Source: an uncultured Gammaproteobacteria bacterium
GTDB taxonomy: Bacteria > Patescibacteriota > Microgenomatia > UBA1406 > GWC2-37-13
Direction of reading: 5' to 3'
Assembly (NCBI GenBank): GCA_964358305.1
Contig: CAYHOJ010000001.1
Location: 1-49,483 of the forward strand
Length of the DNA: 49,483 nucleotides
The number at the start of each line of letters is the position of its first letter. Position 1 is the stretch's first letter. The notes below the pieces were generated by a model. That model saw only the letters and a program-made list of their open reading frames with translations. It was not told the DNA's origin and did not search any database. Position numbers and translations under genes: made by a program. Below are positions 25,675-35,266 of the stretch, one piece after another.

Positions 25675-28600
25675 ATGAGAATAAATATGCTCGAACCAAA
25701 TGGTGAAGCTAACCCAGCTCAAGCTCCTGGCGAAAACGAGGCGCTTATTGCGCACATTCAATCAATGACAGCCCGTCAAATAGTTGCTGAGTTTAACAGT
25801 GCAAGAAACGACGGCCAAGATATAAAAGAGATAATCGATCGATCTGAGGCGAGTTCAAAGAAAATAGTTTCTATGGGTAGGGAACTTCCAGAGGAAGCAA
25901 AAACACCCAATAACCAACAGAAAATTGATAATGTGGTGGCTAGAGTTAAACAGGCGGTAGTGGCATTCCATCATAAGGAAGAAGTGAGGGCTCTGGTAGC
26001 AGATCCTGAATCACGCGACATTTTGAAAAAATTATGTGAAGAAAGATATCCGATCGATATTATAGTAAAAAAGATTGATGGAAATAATGCTATATATCTA
26101 TGTGATCTGATAGGTAAAGGACTTGATGGAAGACTGTCAACAACATCTGATTTAGTTAATGCCTTTGCCGATATAAAAAATCTTCAATATCTTGATAATA
26201 ATTTGTATATCTCGATTTCAGAATTATTTCAAGAGAAGGCGGAGCTTCTCCAAGCATCAAATGAGGAAATAGAACAATTAAAGAGCGAAGATCAAAAAGA
26301 AAGAGAAAAATCTGGAAAAGTAAAAGTTGATAGAAAGAAAATTTTTGAAAAACTTAAAAAAGATTCAGGTGAATTGACTGAAAGAATATCTCGTATTATA
26401 GATCGCTCTGTTAAATATGAGAATGTCAAAGGTTCAAGAATAGGAAAAGAAATTGAAGAATCAGCTTCAGGTGAAAGAGAATTGGATGAAAAAATTAGAG
26501 ATGAGGTACAGGGAGTGAAAGCAACTATTAAGTTTAAGCTTAGTCAGTTAACAGGGAATGAGGCTGGGGTATTTAGGCCAGATATGACTCCGGAAGAGGT
26601 AACTGCAGAAATGGTCAGAATAAGTACTTCCAAAAAATTCTTAAGCCACGAAGATGTTGAAAAAAATTTTGATAGATTCCAAGACTATATAGAGAGTCTA
26701 AGGTCAGCGAGAATTATTACGGGCCAAGATGTGGAAAGTATTTTACGTGTAGCAGAATCAATAAAAGAAAACTCTATGCAGCTGGTAGACTATCGAGAAT
26801 TTATGGGTACGGGTAGTCTATATCACTACGCACAAAACTATATTTCAAGTTGGGAAGAATCGCAAAAAGAATTATTAAAGGTTCTTGATGATAAATCTAA
26901 ATTTCTCGAATATGCTCAAAAAAAAGAAACTTATAATGGCTTTAAAGATCCAAAAGATTGGGAAAAATTTAAATCTGATATTAGATCTCTATTTGAAACA
27001 ATCTTTTCGGCAACCGCCTCAAACCCCAAAGATTTCTGGGAACGTTCTTTTAATGAGCTGACAGAGGGAATGGTCTATAAAATGTTGACTGGTTCCTTAA
27101 TTAAACTAGGAAACGAAGTACAGGGTGATCAGGCTTATGGAGTCGACAGTAAGATTAAGATTGGTGTCGCGGATTACTATGCTAAGAAAGAAACAGCTGC
27201 GTATCAAGGGTCCTTACTCCATGGAGGAGCTAATATTACTGAAAAAAAAATAATGGATGTAAACCTTGGGAAAGCGGTTGAATATCTGACTCATGAGATG
27301 ATTGATTATAAGGAGTTGAGTCAATATGGTCATGATGTCAACGTCTTGTGTGAGTTGGGGCTGGGCTTTGAAGAGTTGGCAAAATTATCCGGAAGACTGA
27401 GGATGGAGGATGTAACTCGAATGATTAAGAGTATGCCTGGTTTATCTGATGCCATGCAAATGTATCATACTAATTTACTACTTAGTACAGCTTTAGCTGG
27501 TAGAGCGATACCCGTTGATTTTGGTCGTCAGGGAATTGATCATCTGGACTCGGTCGGATGGCATACTTTTACTAAATTAAAAAGTTCAAAAAAGATAAGG
27601 GAAGCATATGGAAAGCGATACAATTTAAAAATTGCCGAAGACAGAATAAAATATGAGGCTGACATGAAGAGGCTTGTAAGACTTGCGACTGGATTGTCGA
27701 AAGGTGTAACTGGTGGTTTTTTTGGAGCAGCTTACTACAACTTAATATCTGTAGAGTATAAAACTGAAGCTGCAGAAGACAGAGCTAACGAGACAAGAGA
27801 GCATATAAAAAAGTTGATCATAGATGGGGATACAAGAGATGTAAGTGTATTAGTTGATGGTTATAAATCAATGAGCGATCGAGGAATCGAAAAAATGGTG
27901 ACTTCAATTGATGCATATCTTCAACAACGAAGATTTCAAAACCCTCGTTTAATTTCTGAATTTGATGGATCATATGCGCCAAGAGATTTGAAGGAATATA
28001 AACCAGATGCTGAAGACGAATGGACTAATCACACCGATATTAAAAAATGGCGAGATTTGCAAGATAGAGCGAGAGCTAATGGACGATGTAACGAATTGAT
28101 TGACAAAGATAAACGAGTGATTTTTTTTAATGAGGCAATGCGCACCAAATGTGAAGATTTAGGAATACGCGAAGGGTGGAGATTTTATGATTATCGACGT
28201 CATTTAGTATATGAGAAAGATGAGGTGGGTGCTCATACTATTCACGAAGTTTCGGGGCAAAGGAAAGTTGATTTTTATAAAACAATAAGACGCTTAGAAG
28301 GAGTAGGTACACAATTGGTAAAAATATTTATTAATGACCTTTTTGACGGAAGTTTTTCTTTTGAAAAAGAAGTATCAAATTTATCGCTCGAAGATGTAGG
28401 TAGACAAGTGATTATCGATAACATCGCATCTCTTCGGCCGCTTGCCTCCGCAAGTTGGGATCCAGAAGCAAATAATAAAAATAAATTATTGAACAAAGAT
28501 CAAAAAGATGCCTTAAAATTAATTTTATATGAAAAATATGTCTATGACCCACTTCGTCGAACTAGGCCTTCAGAGTTTATTGGCATGGAGGACAAAAGAT

Positions 28601-29964
28601 ATATGACGGAAGATGAAGTACGTGGTACTTTATTAAATGAGAGAGACAGGGATGGTAATTATCTAGCTACCGAACGATTGACATTTCATGATCAACTGAC
28701 ACAATATTTAATTGATAAATTTGGAAATAAGTATAGTACTTCCTGGATTGAGACAAATCTTCTACCCGCCTATATCAGCGCCGTCCAGGTGGTTGAAAAA
28801 AATGAATGGGATGAAAGATTAAAAATCTGGGAAAGGGAACAGGAATCAGGAGTAGTAACAAGTAACGAAAGTATCTTTGGTTATACTTTGGGAGCTGATG
28901 CTTTTGATAGCCATGAAAATTTCGAAAGCTTAAAAGAGGTATACCAAAGTTGTCGGGAAAAAATAGGTGCAACTAAAGAAGACGACAAAACCTTTTCGAT
29001 GAGAGATGAAGATTTTAGAGAATCGGTAAAAGGTTTCTATAATCGCATCACCACAGTTTTAAATACTGAAAGATGGGATCATAATCAGGAGCAAGACAGG
29101 GACGGTCGCTTCTATCACCCGACGTCTCACAAAAGGGAAAAATTGATAAAGCGATATGCGCGGATGTTAAAAAGCGGAGAGGGAGGCGTTGATAGATATC
29201 TCACATGGAATCTTCTCAATATGGACCAAATATATTTTGAAACATCAGGAAATAGAAGTCAAGAAAGAATGTATGGTGAATCGGCATTATTGGCAAAACA
29301 AATGGTACCTGCACTTGTCCATATTATAACCGATGGTATGACTTCGTTTACCAAAAAGATTGTCGACAATGTCCATGATTTGGAAAAATCAATTAAAGAA
29401 CATTTTGGGGAGGATTTTAAAAAGATACATGCGGCTGTGGCAAATATTGATACCGCTACAAGCTGGGATTACTGTGGAAAAATATTAATGTGTATGGAGA
29501 GGATGATGGTAAAAGATAAGGTCTTCCGACTTGGAGTTATTGGGCCAATAGCCGGGGGTCTTTATCGTAGAGTGGCCGAGGGTCAACAAAGTTTTATGAC
29601 AAGTAAGATACCCGTTACCGACTCTGAAGGAGCAACTGACTTAGATTCTACTGGAGCTTTTGTTTTCTATCGGGTGCTGGGCGATGCTATTGATATGCCT
29701 CGTGAGAAAGAGCAAGTTGTGGATTATGAAGCACCTAAATTTTTAGGTAAACCTTTAAAAGGTTTTTGGGCAAGAGTCATACCTGGAAAGCCGATACATG
29801 CCCATGGTAAGAAGGTTGTGGTAAGTATTCAACACTTAATTGAGAACTCAAAAGTAACTACAAAAAACAGGATTGTAGAACAATTACCGATGATCGGGCC
29901 AATATTTTTAATAATAATGGCAATGCTTGCAAAATTAGCTTTTGATAAGGATAATAAAAAATAG
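25675..29964 (+). CDS. Very large hypothetical protein with C-terminal TM
   Basis: 1429-aa ORF, no motif recognised, ends LPMIGPIFLIIMAMLAKLAFDKDNKK. Confidence 0.85.
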   Translation: MRINMLEPNGEANPAQAPGENEALIAHIQSMTARQIVAEFNSARNDGQDIKEIIDRSEASSKKIVSMGRELPEEAKTPNNQQKIDNVVARVKQAVVAFHHKEEVRALVADPESRDILKKLCEERYPIDIIVKKIDGNNAIYLCDLIGKGLDGRLSTTSDLVNAFADIKNLQYLDNNLYISISELFQEKAELLQASNEEIEQLKSEDQKEREKSGKVKVDRKKIFEKLKKDSGELTERISRIIDRSVKYENVKGSRIGKEIEESASGERELDEKIRDEVQGVKATIKFKLSQLTGNEAGVFRPDMTPEEVTAEMVRISTSKKFLSHEDVEKNFDRFQDYIESLRSARIITGQDVESILRVAESIKENSMQLVDYREFMGTGSLYHYAQNYISSWEESQKELLKVLDDKSKFLEYAQKKETYNGFKDPKDWEKFKSDIRSLFETIFSATASNPKDFWERSFNELTEGMVYKMLTGSLIKLGNEVQGDQAYGVDSKIKIGVADYYAKKETAAYQGSLLHGGANITEKKIMDVNLGKAVEYLTHEMIDYKELSQYGHDVNVLCELGLGFEELAKLSGRLRMEDVTRMIKSMPGLSDAMQMYHTNLLLSTALAGRAIPVDFGRQGIDHLDSVGWHTFTKLKSSKKIREAYGKRYNLKIAEDRIKYEADMKRLVRLATGLSKGVTGGFFGAAYYNLISVEYKTEAAEDRANETREHIKKLIIDGDTRDVSVLVDGYKSMSDRGIEKMVTSIDAYLQQRRFQNPRLISEFDGSYAPRDLKEYKPDAEDEWTNHTDIKKWRDLQDRARANGRCNELIDKDKRVIFFNEAMRTKCEDLGIREGWRFYDYRRHLVYEKDEVGAHTIHEVSGQRKVDFYKTIRRLEGVGTQLVKIFINDLFDGSFSFEKEVSNLSLEDVGRQVIIDNIASLRPLASASWDPEANNKNKLLNKDQKDALKLILYEKYVYDPLRRTRPSEFIGMEDKRYMTEDEVRGTLLNERDRDGNYLATERLTFHDQLTQYLIDKFGNKYSTSWIETNLLPAYISAVQVVEKNEWDERLKIWEREQESGVVTSNESIFGYTLGADAFDSHENFESLKEVYQSCREKIGATKEDDKTFSMRDEDFRESVKGFYNRITTVLNTERWDHNQEQDRDGRFYHPTSHKREKLIKRYARMLKSGEGGVDRYLTWNLLNMDQIYFETSGNRSQERMYGESALLAKQMVPALVHIITDGMTSFTKKIVDNVHDLEKSIKEHFGEDFKKIHAAVANIDTATSWDYCGKILMCMERMMVKDKVFRLGVIGPIAGGLYRRVAEGQQSFMTSKIPVTDSEGATDLDSTGAFVFYRVLGDAIDMPREKEQVVDYEAPKFLGKPLKGFWARVIPGKPIHAHGKKVVVSIQHLIENSKVTTKNRIVEQLPMIGPIFLIIMAMLAKLAFDKDNKK

Positions 29965-29967
29965 ACT

Positions 29968-30738
29968 ATGAAAAAAATTATTTTATCCATATTTCTATTA
30001 TTTTTTCTTTATTTTATACCAAAGATTACTTATGGACAAACACCAGTTCCAACAATAGGAATAAATATTGACGAAGATATATCAATACCTGTGTTGACTT
30101 GTGGTGTTGCTGGAGACACGGAAGGAAGAGATAAATGTTGCTATACACCTTTTGATAATCAATGTACGAGTCCATTATTAGATTTTGCGATTACAAATTC
30201 AACGTTAATTCCTCCATTACAGGCGATTTTGGCTAATGGTGTAGAAAAGTGCGAAAAAATAAAAAAATTTGCGAATGACAATAATGACACACCGTGCGTA
30301 ATCGGAGATCCTTCAACGTCTGACTATTCTAATCCAAGTTGCAAATGTACAAGTGCAATTCCACTTAGTTCAAATCAAGCGATGATTAATATGTGCTCTC
30401 GATATTTATCAACCAATCCAACAGAAGCAACAAGTTGCGTTAGGTGCGCTTCAAGTGACGGTATGTGGACGGGGATGGGTTGTCTGCCTTTGGACTTAAA
30501 TACTTTAATCAGTAGTTTTGTCCTGTCAATGGGCATTGGAATAGGGGGAATGTTTGCTCTTCTTTGTATAATTTATTCTGCCTTTATGATGCAATCATCA
30601 CAAGGCAATCCGGAGAAGTTAAAGAAGGCTCAAGAAATGATCACAAGTTGTATTATGGGGTTGATGTTAATTATATTTTCAGTCTTCATTATGAAGTTGA
30701 TAGGGGTGAATATTTTGCGAATACCTGGATTTGGTTAA
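29968..30738 (+). CDS. Cys-rich exported domain fused to VirB2-like pilin
   Basis: Signal peptide, many Cys, C-terminal SQGNPEKLKKAQEMITSCIMG between TMs. Confidence 0.75.
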   Translation: MKKIILSIFLLFFLYFIPKITYGQTPVPTIGINIDEDISIPVLTCGVAGDTEGRDKCCYTPFDNQCTSPLLDFAITNSTLIPPLQAILANGVEKCEKIKKFANDNNDTPCVIGDPSTSDYSNPSCKCTSAIPLSSNQAMINMCSRYLSTNPTEATSCVRCASSDGMWTGMGCLPLDLNTLISSFVLSMGIGIGGMFALLCIIYSAFMMQSSQGNPEKLKKAQEMITSCIMGLMLIIFSVFIMKLIGVNILRIPGFG

Positions 30739-30746
30739 CAAGATGG

Positions 30747-32468
30747 TTAGGGTTTATGTTGTTGTCCTGCGTTATCTGCGAATATCTGTTTACCACCAGG
30801 CAGTTTTTGTAATAAGTCTCTTACAGGTTTAATATAGAATCCAATTCCGGCGACCTTAGATAGTTCTCCAAGTCCGCCGGAAATTCCGGTTGTGGCACCG
30901 CCAAAGAATACGCCTGGACCGGCTTGATCAAGTAATCCCGGCTTGGGAATAAATACGGCTCTGACAGCTTTAACCAAATCCGGAGTCATGAAAAGTATAG
31001 CCATACCTATAATGTAACCAAAACTTTTTGGTTCTACTCCACCCAAAAGAGGGAATGTTACTAAATTTCCACTAGAAGCTTTATCAGCAATAATAGAACC
31101 AAGAACAAAAATTCCTATTACTAAAGGAAAGGTAATTAATTCTCCAGCTAAATTTTTTAACCAGTTAATAAATGCATTTTGACCCGGAATGGCTTCAAAT
31201 AGCAGGTAAATAGGAGATAAGATAATACTTAATAGAATTTTTATATAAGAACTAAAGAGCATAAACACTATTCTGAAAAATATAAATACTAAAGAAAACC
31301 AAATGATTAAGCCTAATAACAAATTAACTCCAGCATACATCAAAATACCGAACAATAATATTGTTGTTATAAAATTTGCTCCACCTAAAAATGGGTCTAC
31401 AATTGCTTTTAATTTGGCCGAAAGTTTAACGTTTGCTACGACTATACCTCCTTCAACCGCAGGCTCCGCTTCGCTCAATCCAGCAAGTGCTTTCTCGATT
31501 ATATGTGTTTCTACCCATTGAATTACAGGTAAAGACACATAAGTAAGAATACCTCCTCCAACAATTCTTGTTATTAAACCAAGACTAGGAATCAAACCTA
31601 AAATTGCATTTGGTAAAGTATATATAAATGTCCAAAATGAATTATCATTAAGTTTACCGGTACCAGTATAAACTGCGCCAAGATCTGCTGTGAGATAATA
31701 TTGTTGTAGAGCGGGTATATCTTTTGGAGCCGTAATACTGTTACCTCCAGTAAAATCATAGACTGGACCTAAAATTGAAATAATTACTGCAATTAGCATA
31801 TACATCAAATCAATCATAAATCCGGCGATGGCGAAGGAAAAGGTAATTAAGATTAAAGCAATTATGATTTTTGGGAGAGAATTTTCTACGGAGATGACAG
31901 TTTGAGGATTGATCTTAGTGCGGAACATAATCATAAAACCGATTGCTATTAAAACGACTACTAACAGTAGGTATGTTACATCTCGAAATATCTTCCAAAT
32001 TTTGGCAAAAGGCTGGATTGAGCCCATACCGATTCCTTCAGCGGCCAGAGTCTTTGGGACAAAACCGGCATTAGCAAGTCCTGAATAAGTCCAGGCAATT
32101 CCTGAAGCCGGTGGATTGGCAAAAGGCAAGACTATTAAATTACTCACAAATCCTAGAAAACTTTTTCCATAGTTTTTATCAGCATCGGCGGGATTATTGG
32201 TACAGGCTTCTCCCATCATCGAGCACATCATTCCTTTATACATAAAAATAGTCAGCTTGCCCTGGGTAGTTTTGTTAAGCTCTTTATCATTGATTACTTT
32301 GTAGATTTCTTTGCGGTTTTCTAAGATTGGATTCGTTTTGGATGTATTTAAAGCAATTTTGTCTTTACTTATAAAATGGGAAAAAAGTGAGATGACGGCA
32401 AAGTAGACGATGACGACTAAAAGAACTTTTTTTGCAATATTTAAGTAGGGTTTCAAAAATGAGAACAT
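30747..32468 (-). CDS. VirB6/TrbL-like polytopic membrane protein (start revised to 32468)
   Basis: WKIFRD..GFMIMFR..LPKIIIALILITFSFAIAGFMID and ILSPIYLLFEAIPG patterns. Confidence 0.65.
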   Translation of the reverse strand: MFSFLKPYLNIAKKVLLVVIVYFAVISLFSHFISKDKIALNTSKTNPILENRKEIYKVINDKELNKTTQGKLTIFMYKGMMCSMMGEACTNNPADADKNYGKSFLGFVSNLIVLPFANPPASGIAWTYSGLANAGFVPKTLAAEGIGMGSIQPFAKIWKIFRDVTYLLLVVVLIAIGFMIMFRTKINPQTVISVENSLPKIIIALILITFSFAIAGFMIDLMYMLIAVIISILGPVYDFTGGNSITAPKDIPALQQYYLTADLGAVYTGTGKLNDNSFWTFIYTLPNAILGLIPSLGLITRIVGGGILTYVSLPVIQWVETHIIEKALAGLSEAEPAVEGGIVVANVKLSAKLKAIVDPFLGGANFITTILLFGILMYAGVNLLLGLIIWFSLVFIFFRIVFMLFSSYIKILLSIILSPIYLLFEAIPGQNAFINWLKNLAGELITFPLVIGIFVLGSIIADKASSGNLVTFPLLGGVEPKSFGYIIGMAILFMTPDLVKAVRAVFIPKPGLLDQAGPGVFFGGATTGISGGLGELSKVAGIGFYIKPVRDLLQKLPGGKQIFADNAGQQHKP

Positions 32469-32478
32469 AAATTTATTA

Positions 32479-32532
32479 TAATACGAATGATGCGAATTAA
32501 GCAATGCGAATATAGCGAATTATGCGAATATT
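32479..32532 (-). repeat. Single (downstream) arm of the CGAAT/ATTCG element
   Basis: Five CGAAT units, co-oriented with the gene starting at 32468. Confidence 0.8.
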
Positions 32533-32539
32533 AAAATGA

Positions 32540-32599
32540 ATATTTAGTCTGGATTCCCGCCTCCCCTTCGATGGAACTCAGGGTAAACGCGGGAATGAC
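32540..32599. repeat. Composite REP: dRS3-like hairpin with 24-bp insert
   Basis: 60 nt identical to 46276-46335. Confidence 0.9.
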
Positions 32600-32794
32600 A
32601 TAAGGAATATTTACGCTTGACATGGGTAAATAGTTACTATGGAATGTTACTAAAATATGAAAATAGATACGTTGTTAAGTATCTAATTGTTACCTGTGGT
32701 ATTAAAAATAATAAACTTAATCTAAAAATTCACTTGACAATATTTTAGATTTGTAGTATAAGTAAAAGTATTATATATTGAGCAAAGTCGAAAT

Positions 32795-33034
32795 ATGAGA
32801 ACAATTACTGTCAGCCCACAAGGGCAAATAACTATACCGATGGATTTGCGTCGAGCTTTAAATTTAAAGTCAGGCTCAACGATGATACTTGATGTGGTTG
32901 ATTGGGTAAAAAGTAAAGCAATGGTATTACGACCAACTCCTAAAAATTGGGTCGATGAGGTATCAGGGTCCGGAGAGGGGCTTTGGGGTAAAGACTCGGA
33001 CGAGTATTTAGAAAAAACTAGAAATCAATGGTAA
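32795..33034 (+). CDS. AbrB/MazE-type antitoxin
   Basis: TITVSPQGQITIPMDLRRALNL; promoter TTGACA-N17-TATAAG at 32734-32762. Confidence 0.88.
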   Translation: MRTITVSPQGQITIPMDLRRALNLKSGSTMILDVVDWVKSKAMVLRPTPKNWVDEVSGSGEGLWGKDSDEYLEKTRNQW

Positions 33035-33477
33035 ATAAACTGATAAAAACTGCGATAGAAGCAAAGGTAGTAGGTGTTGATACGATGCTCTTCATTTATC
33101 TTTTCGAGAATAATAAAAAATATTTTTTAATTGTCAAAGAATTATTTTATTTGTTGGAAAAAGAAAAAATCACAGTAGTCACTTCAATTATCAGTCCTAT
33201 TGAGATAATATCAACGCCTTCGATCGAAGAATATCCGGAAAAACAACGACTATATCTTAGTTTTTTTAAAAAGATGAAAAATTTGAGAATAAAAGAAATA
33301 GATTGGGAACTGGTCGAAAAGGTGGGATATTTTCGAAGGAAATATAATTTGCGTACTCCAGATGCGATTCAACTAACAACAGCAATAGAATCACAGGCCA
33401 AAATCTTTATGACTAATGATATAAAGTTTAAGAAAGTAACAGAAATTCCAGTTTTGATTCTTGATGAGGTTATTTGA
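33028..33477 (+). CDS. PIN-domain (VapC-like) toxin
   Basis: VDTMLFIY, LRTPDAIQL, MTND. Confidence 0.9.
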   Translation: MVNKLIKTAIEAKVVGVDTMLFIYLFENNKKYFLIVKELFYLLEKEKITVVTSIISPIEIISTPSIEEYPEKQRLYLSFFKKMKNLRIKEIDWELVEKVGYFRRKYNLRTPDAIQLTTAIESQAKIFMTNDIKFKKVTEIPVLILDEVI

Positions 33478-33940
33478 GCAAGAATTTATCTGCACCTAAT
33501 CCAGAATAGTTTACTGTTCTCCAGCTTTCGAATTCTTTCTGGGCAGTATCTTTTGGATCTTTGAGGGTGACTACAAATTTATCTTGACTATAATCAAAGT
33601 CGATTGAGAAAGTGGAAAGACTGAGTGGAACCTTTGATTTTAGATCTTTTTTTTGGGCGGCCAAGTCAACTATTTGTTGAGGTATCGGTTCGTCGAGGGC
33701 ACCGGTAAAACCGGCCTTTATCGTTACTGGTGTAGGGTTGTTGGTGTTTGGTGACTGGTTGTTGTTGGCAGATGGATTAGTTTCGACAGTTGTGGGGAGG
33801 GGAGAATAGGGACTAGGGACTAGACTGTTAGGGGTTAGGGAAGAAGGTTTTTTGGTAAAAGGAATGACAATGATAAGAATAAGCAATATAATAAGAGCTC
33901 CGGAGATGGCGAGATAAACTTTGATATTTTGTGAATCCAT
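33470..33940 (-). CDS. Membrane-anchored hypothetical protein with Pro/Thr linker
   Basis: N-terminal TM, low-complexity linker, small C-domain. Confidence 0.75.
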   Translation of the reverse strand: MDSQNIKVYLAISGALIILLILIIVIPFTKKPSSLTPNSLVPSPYSPLPTTVETNPSANNNQSPNTNNPTPVTIKAGFTGALDEPIPQQIVDLAAQKKDLKSKVPLSLSTFSIDFDYSQDKFVVTLKDPKDTAQKEFESWRTVNYSGLGADKFLLK

Positions 33941-33941
33941 A

Positions 33942-34054
33942 AATATAATACGAATCTGCGAATTTATGCAAATTCTGCGAATTATGCGAATTTCTTTTGT
34001 TTTATTCGTATAATTCGTATCATTTGCATTTCTTCATTTGTGGTATTCGTATTA
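33942..34054 (-). repeat. Empty CGAAT/ATTCG element with short central spacer
   Basis: On the - strand starts 2 nt after stop 34057 and ends just before ATG 33940. Confidence 0.9.
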
Positions 34055-34056
34055 TT

Positions 34057-35121
34057 TTATTTCTTAACCCCAAATGCTAATCTATATAACGGATACGGGT
34101 AACGGGTATTTTCATTATAAGGGATTTGATAACGGCCATAAGCTGGATCATAGGCAAAAATATTTCCTTTAGCATCAATATCAGTGATCCAAAAATAATG
34201 GCCGCAACCTTTCTCGCAAAAACTTGCTAAAGTAAAAAATGTCCAACCGGCGTTTAGATATTTTCGGAGTTGTGGGACAACAGTATCTGCTTTTTCTAAA
34301 TCAAAAACAAGATAGTCGGTAGTTTTTAACCCGAGCGATTTCAAAAGTTCATGAGCATCAGAATAACGGGAACCGTCATTTCCAAGGAGATAATCATTTG
34401 ATTTATAAAGGCCAACGACAGTTTTCGGATCGTATTTTTTATCCATATAACTTGAGGAAATCATTGCGACCGTTGTTGGTCCACAACCGGCACTACATAG
34501 AGTTCCACCATCGGGTAAAGGTAAACTGCCTTGGTCACCGCATTGGGCATAATAAGTGAAAGAGGGATTAGGGGTTAGACCGTTAGGGGCTAGAGAAGAA
34601 GGGCTGGGGGATTGTTCGATTGTTCCATTGTTCGATTGTTGAGATCCTTCACCAATGTTATTTAGATCATCCATTAATTGAAAAAAGTCTTTTACTTTAT
34701 TTTCGAGCTTATGGATAGAATCGCTTGGGGTTGGAATAATTTTTTTATCAGTAAATAAAATATTTTTTTTGCCACCGCTACTGTTAATAATAGAACTTAA
34801 CTGATTTTGATCGACCCATTGATTAAACATTTCTTCAGCTTGGGGAGTTTTTTTCTCAACGACGACTTTGTTTAATTCAGGTACGTAGGCGGCTTTAAAA
34901 TCGAGTGTTTCAATTGATTCGAATGAATTTGATAAATTATCTAAATCTTTTAATCCTTGATCGCCACCTGTTCCATTAGTTCCTCGGTCAGGGAGACCGG
35001 TCGGGAAAGGAGAGTTATTTTGGGTGTCCGTCGTTGTTTTTTTTCCTAGAGAAAGAAGCATTGAGGTAATTACGAGAAGGATAAGGAAAGCTCCGGCAAT
35101 AACTAAATATATTTTTTTCAT
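34057..35121 (-). CDS. Membrane-anchored protein with peptidase C39-like domain
   Basis: YYAQC..AGCGPTTVAMI..GHYF..YDP. Confidence 0.8.
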   Translation of the reverse strand: MKKIYLVIAGAFLILLVITSMLLSLGKKTTTDTQNNSPFPTGLPDRGTNGTGGDQGLKDLDNLSNSFESIETLDFKAAYVPELNKVVVEKKTPQAEEMFNQWVDQNQLSSIINSSGGKKNILFTDKKIIPTPSDSIHKLENKVKDFFQLMDDLNNIGEGSQQSNNGTIEQSPSPSSLAPNGLTPNPSFTYYAQCGDQGSLPLPDGGTLCSAGCGPTTVAMISSSYMDKKYDPKTVVGLYKSNDYLLGNDGSRYSDAHELLKSLGLKTTDYLVFDLEKADTVVPQLRKYLNAGWTFFTLASFCEKGCGHYFWITDIDAKGNIFAYDPAYGRYQIPYNENTRYPYPLYRLAFGVKK

Positions 35122-35130
35122 AAAATTACA

Positions 35131-35260
35131 GTCACTAATTCATAAACTCGGTTTAGTATTTTTCGTCCGCCACACCCCCAAGGGGGCCCCTGGCGATTAA
35201 CGAAAAATACTTACACCTCGTTTAAAATTAGTTGACATTTGGTCGAATTTTCCTGATAAT
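35131..35260. repeat. Long imperfect hairpin overlapping the clp promoter (TTGACA-N17-GATAAT)
   Basis: AGTATTTTTCGT/ACGAAAAATACT, CGCCA/TGGCG, outer CTAATT/AATTAG. Confidence 0.7.
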
Positions 35261-35266
35261 GAAAAT

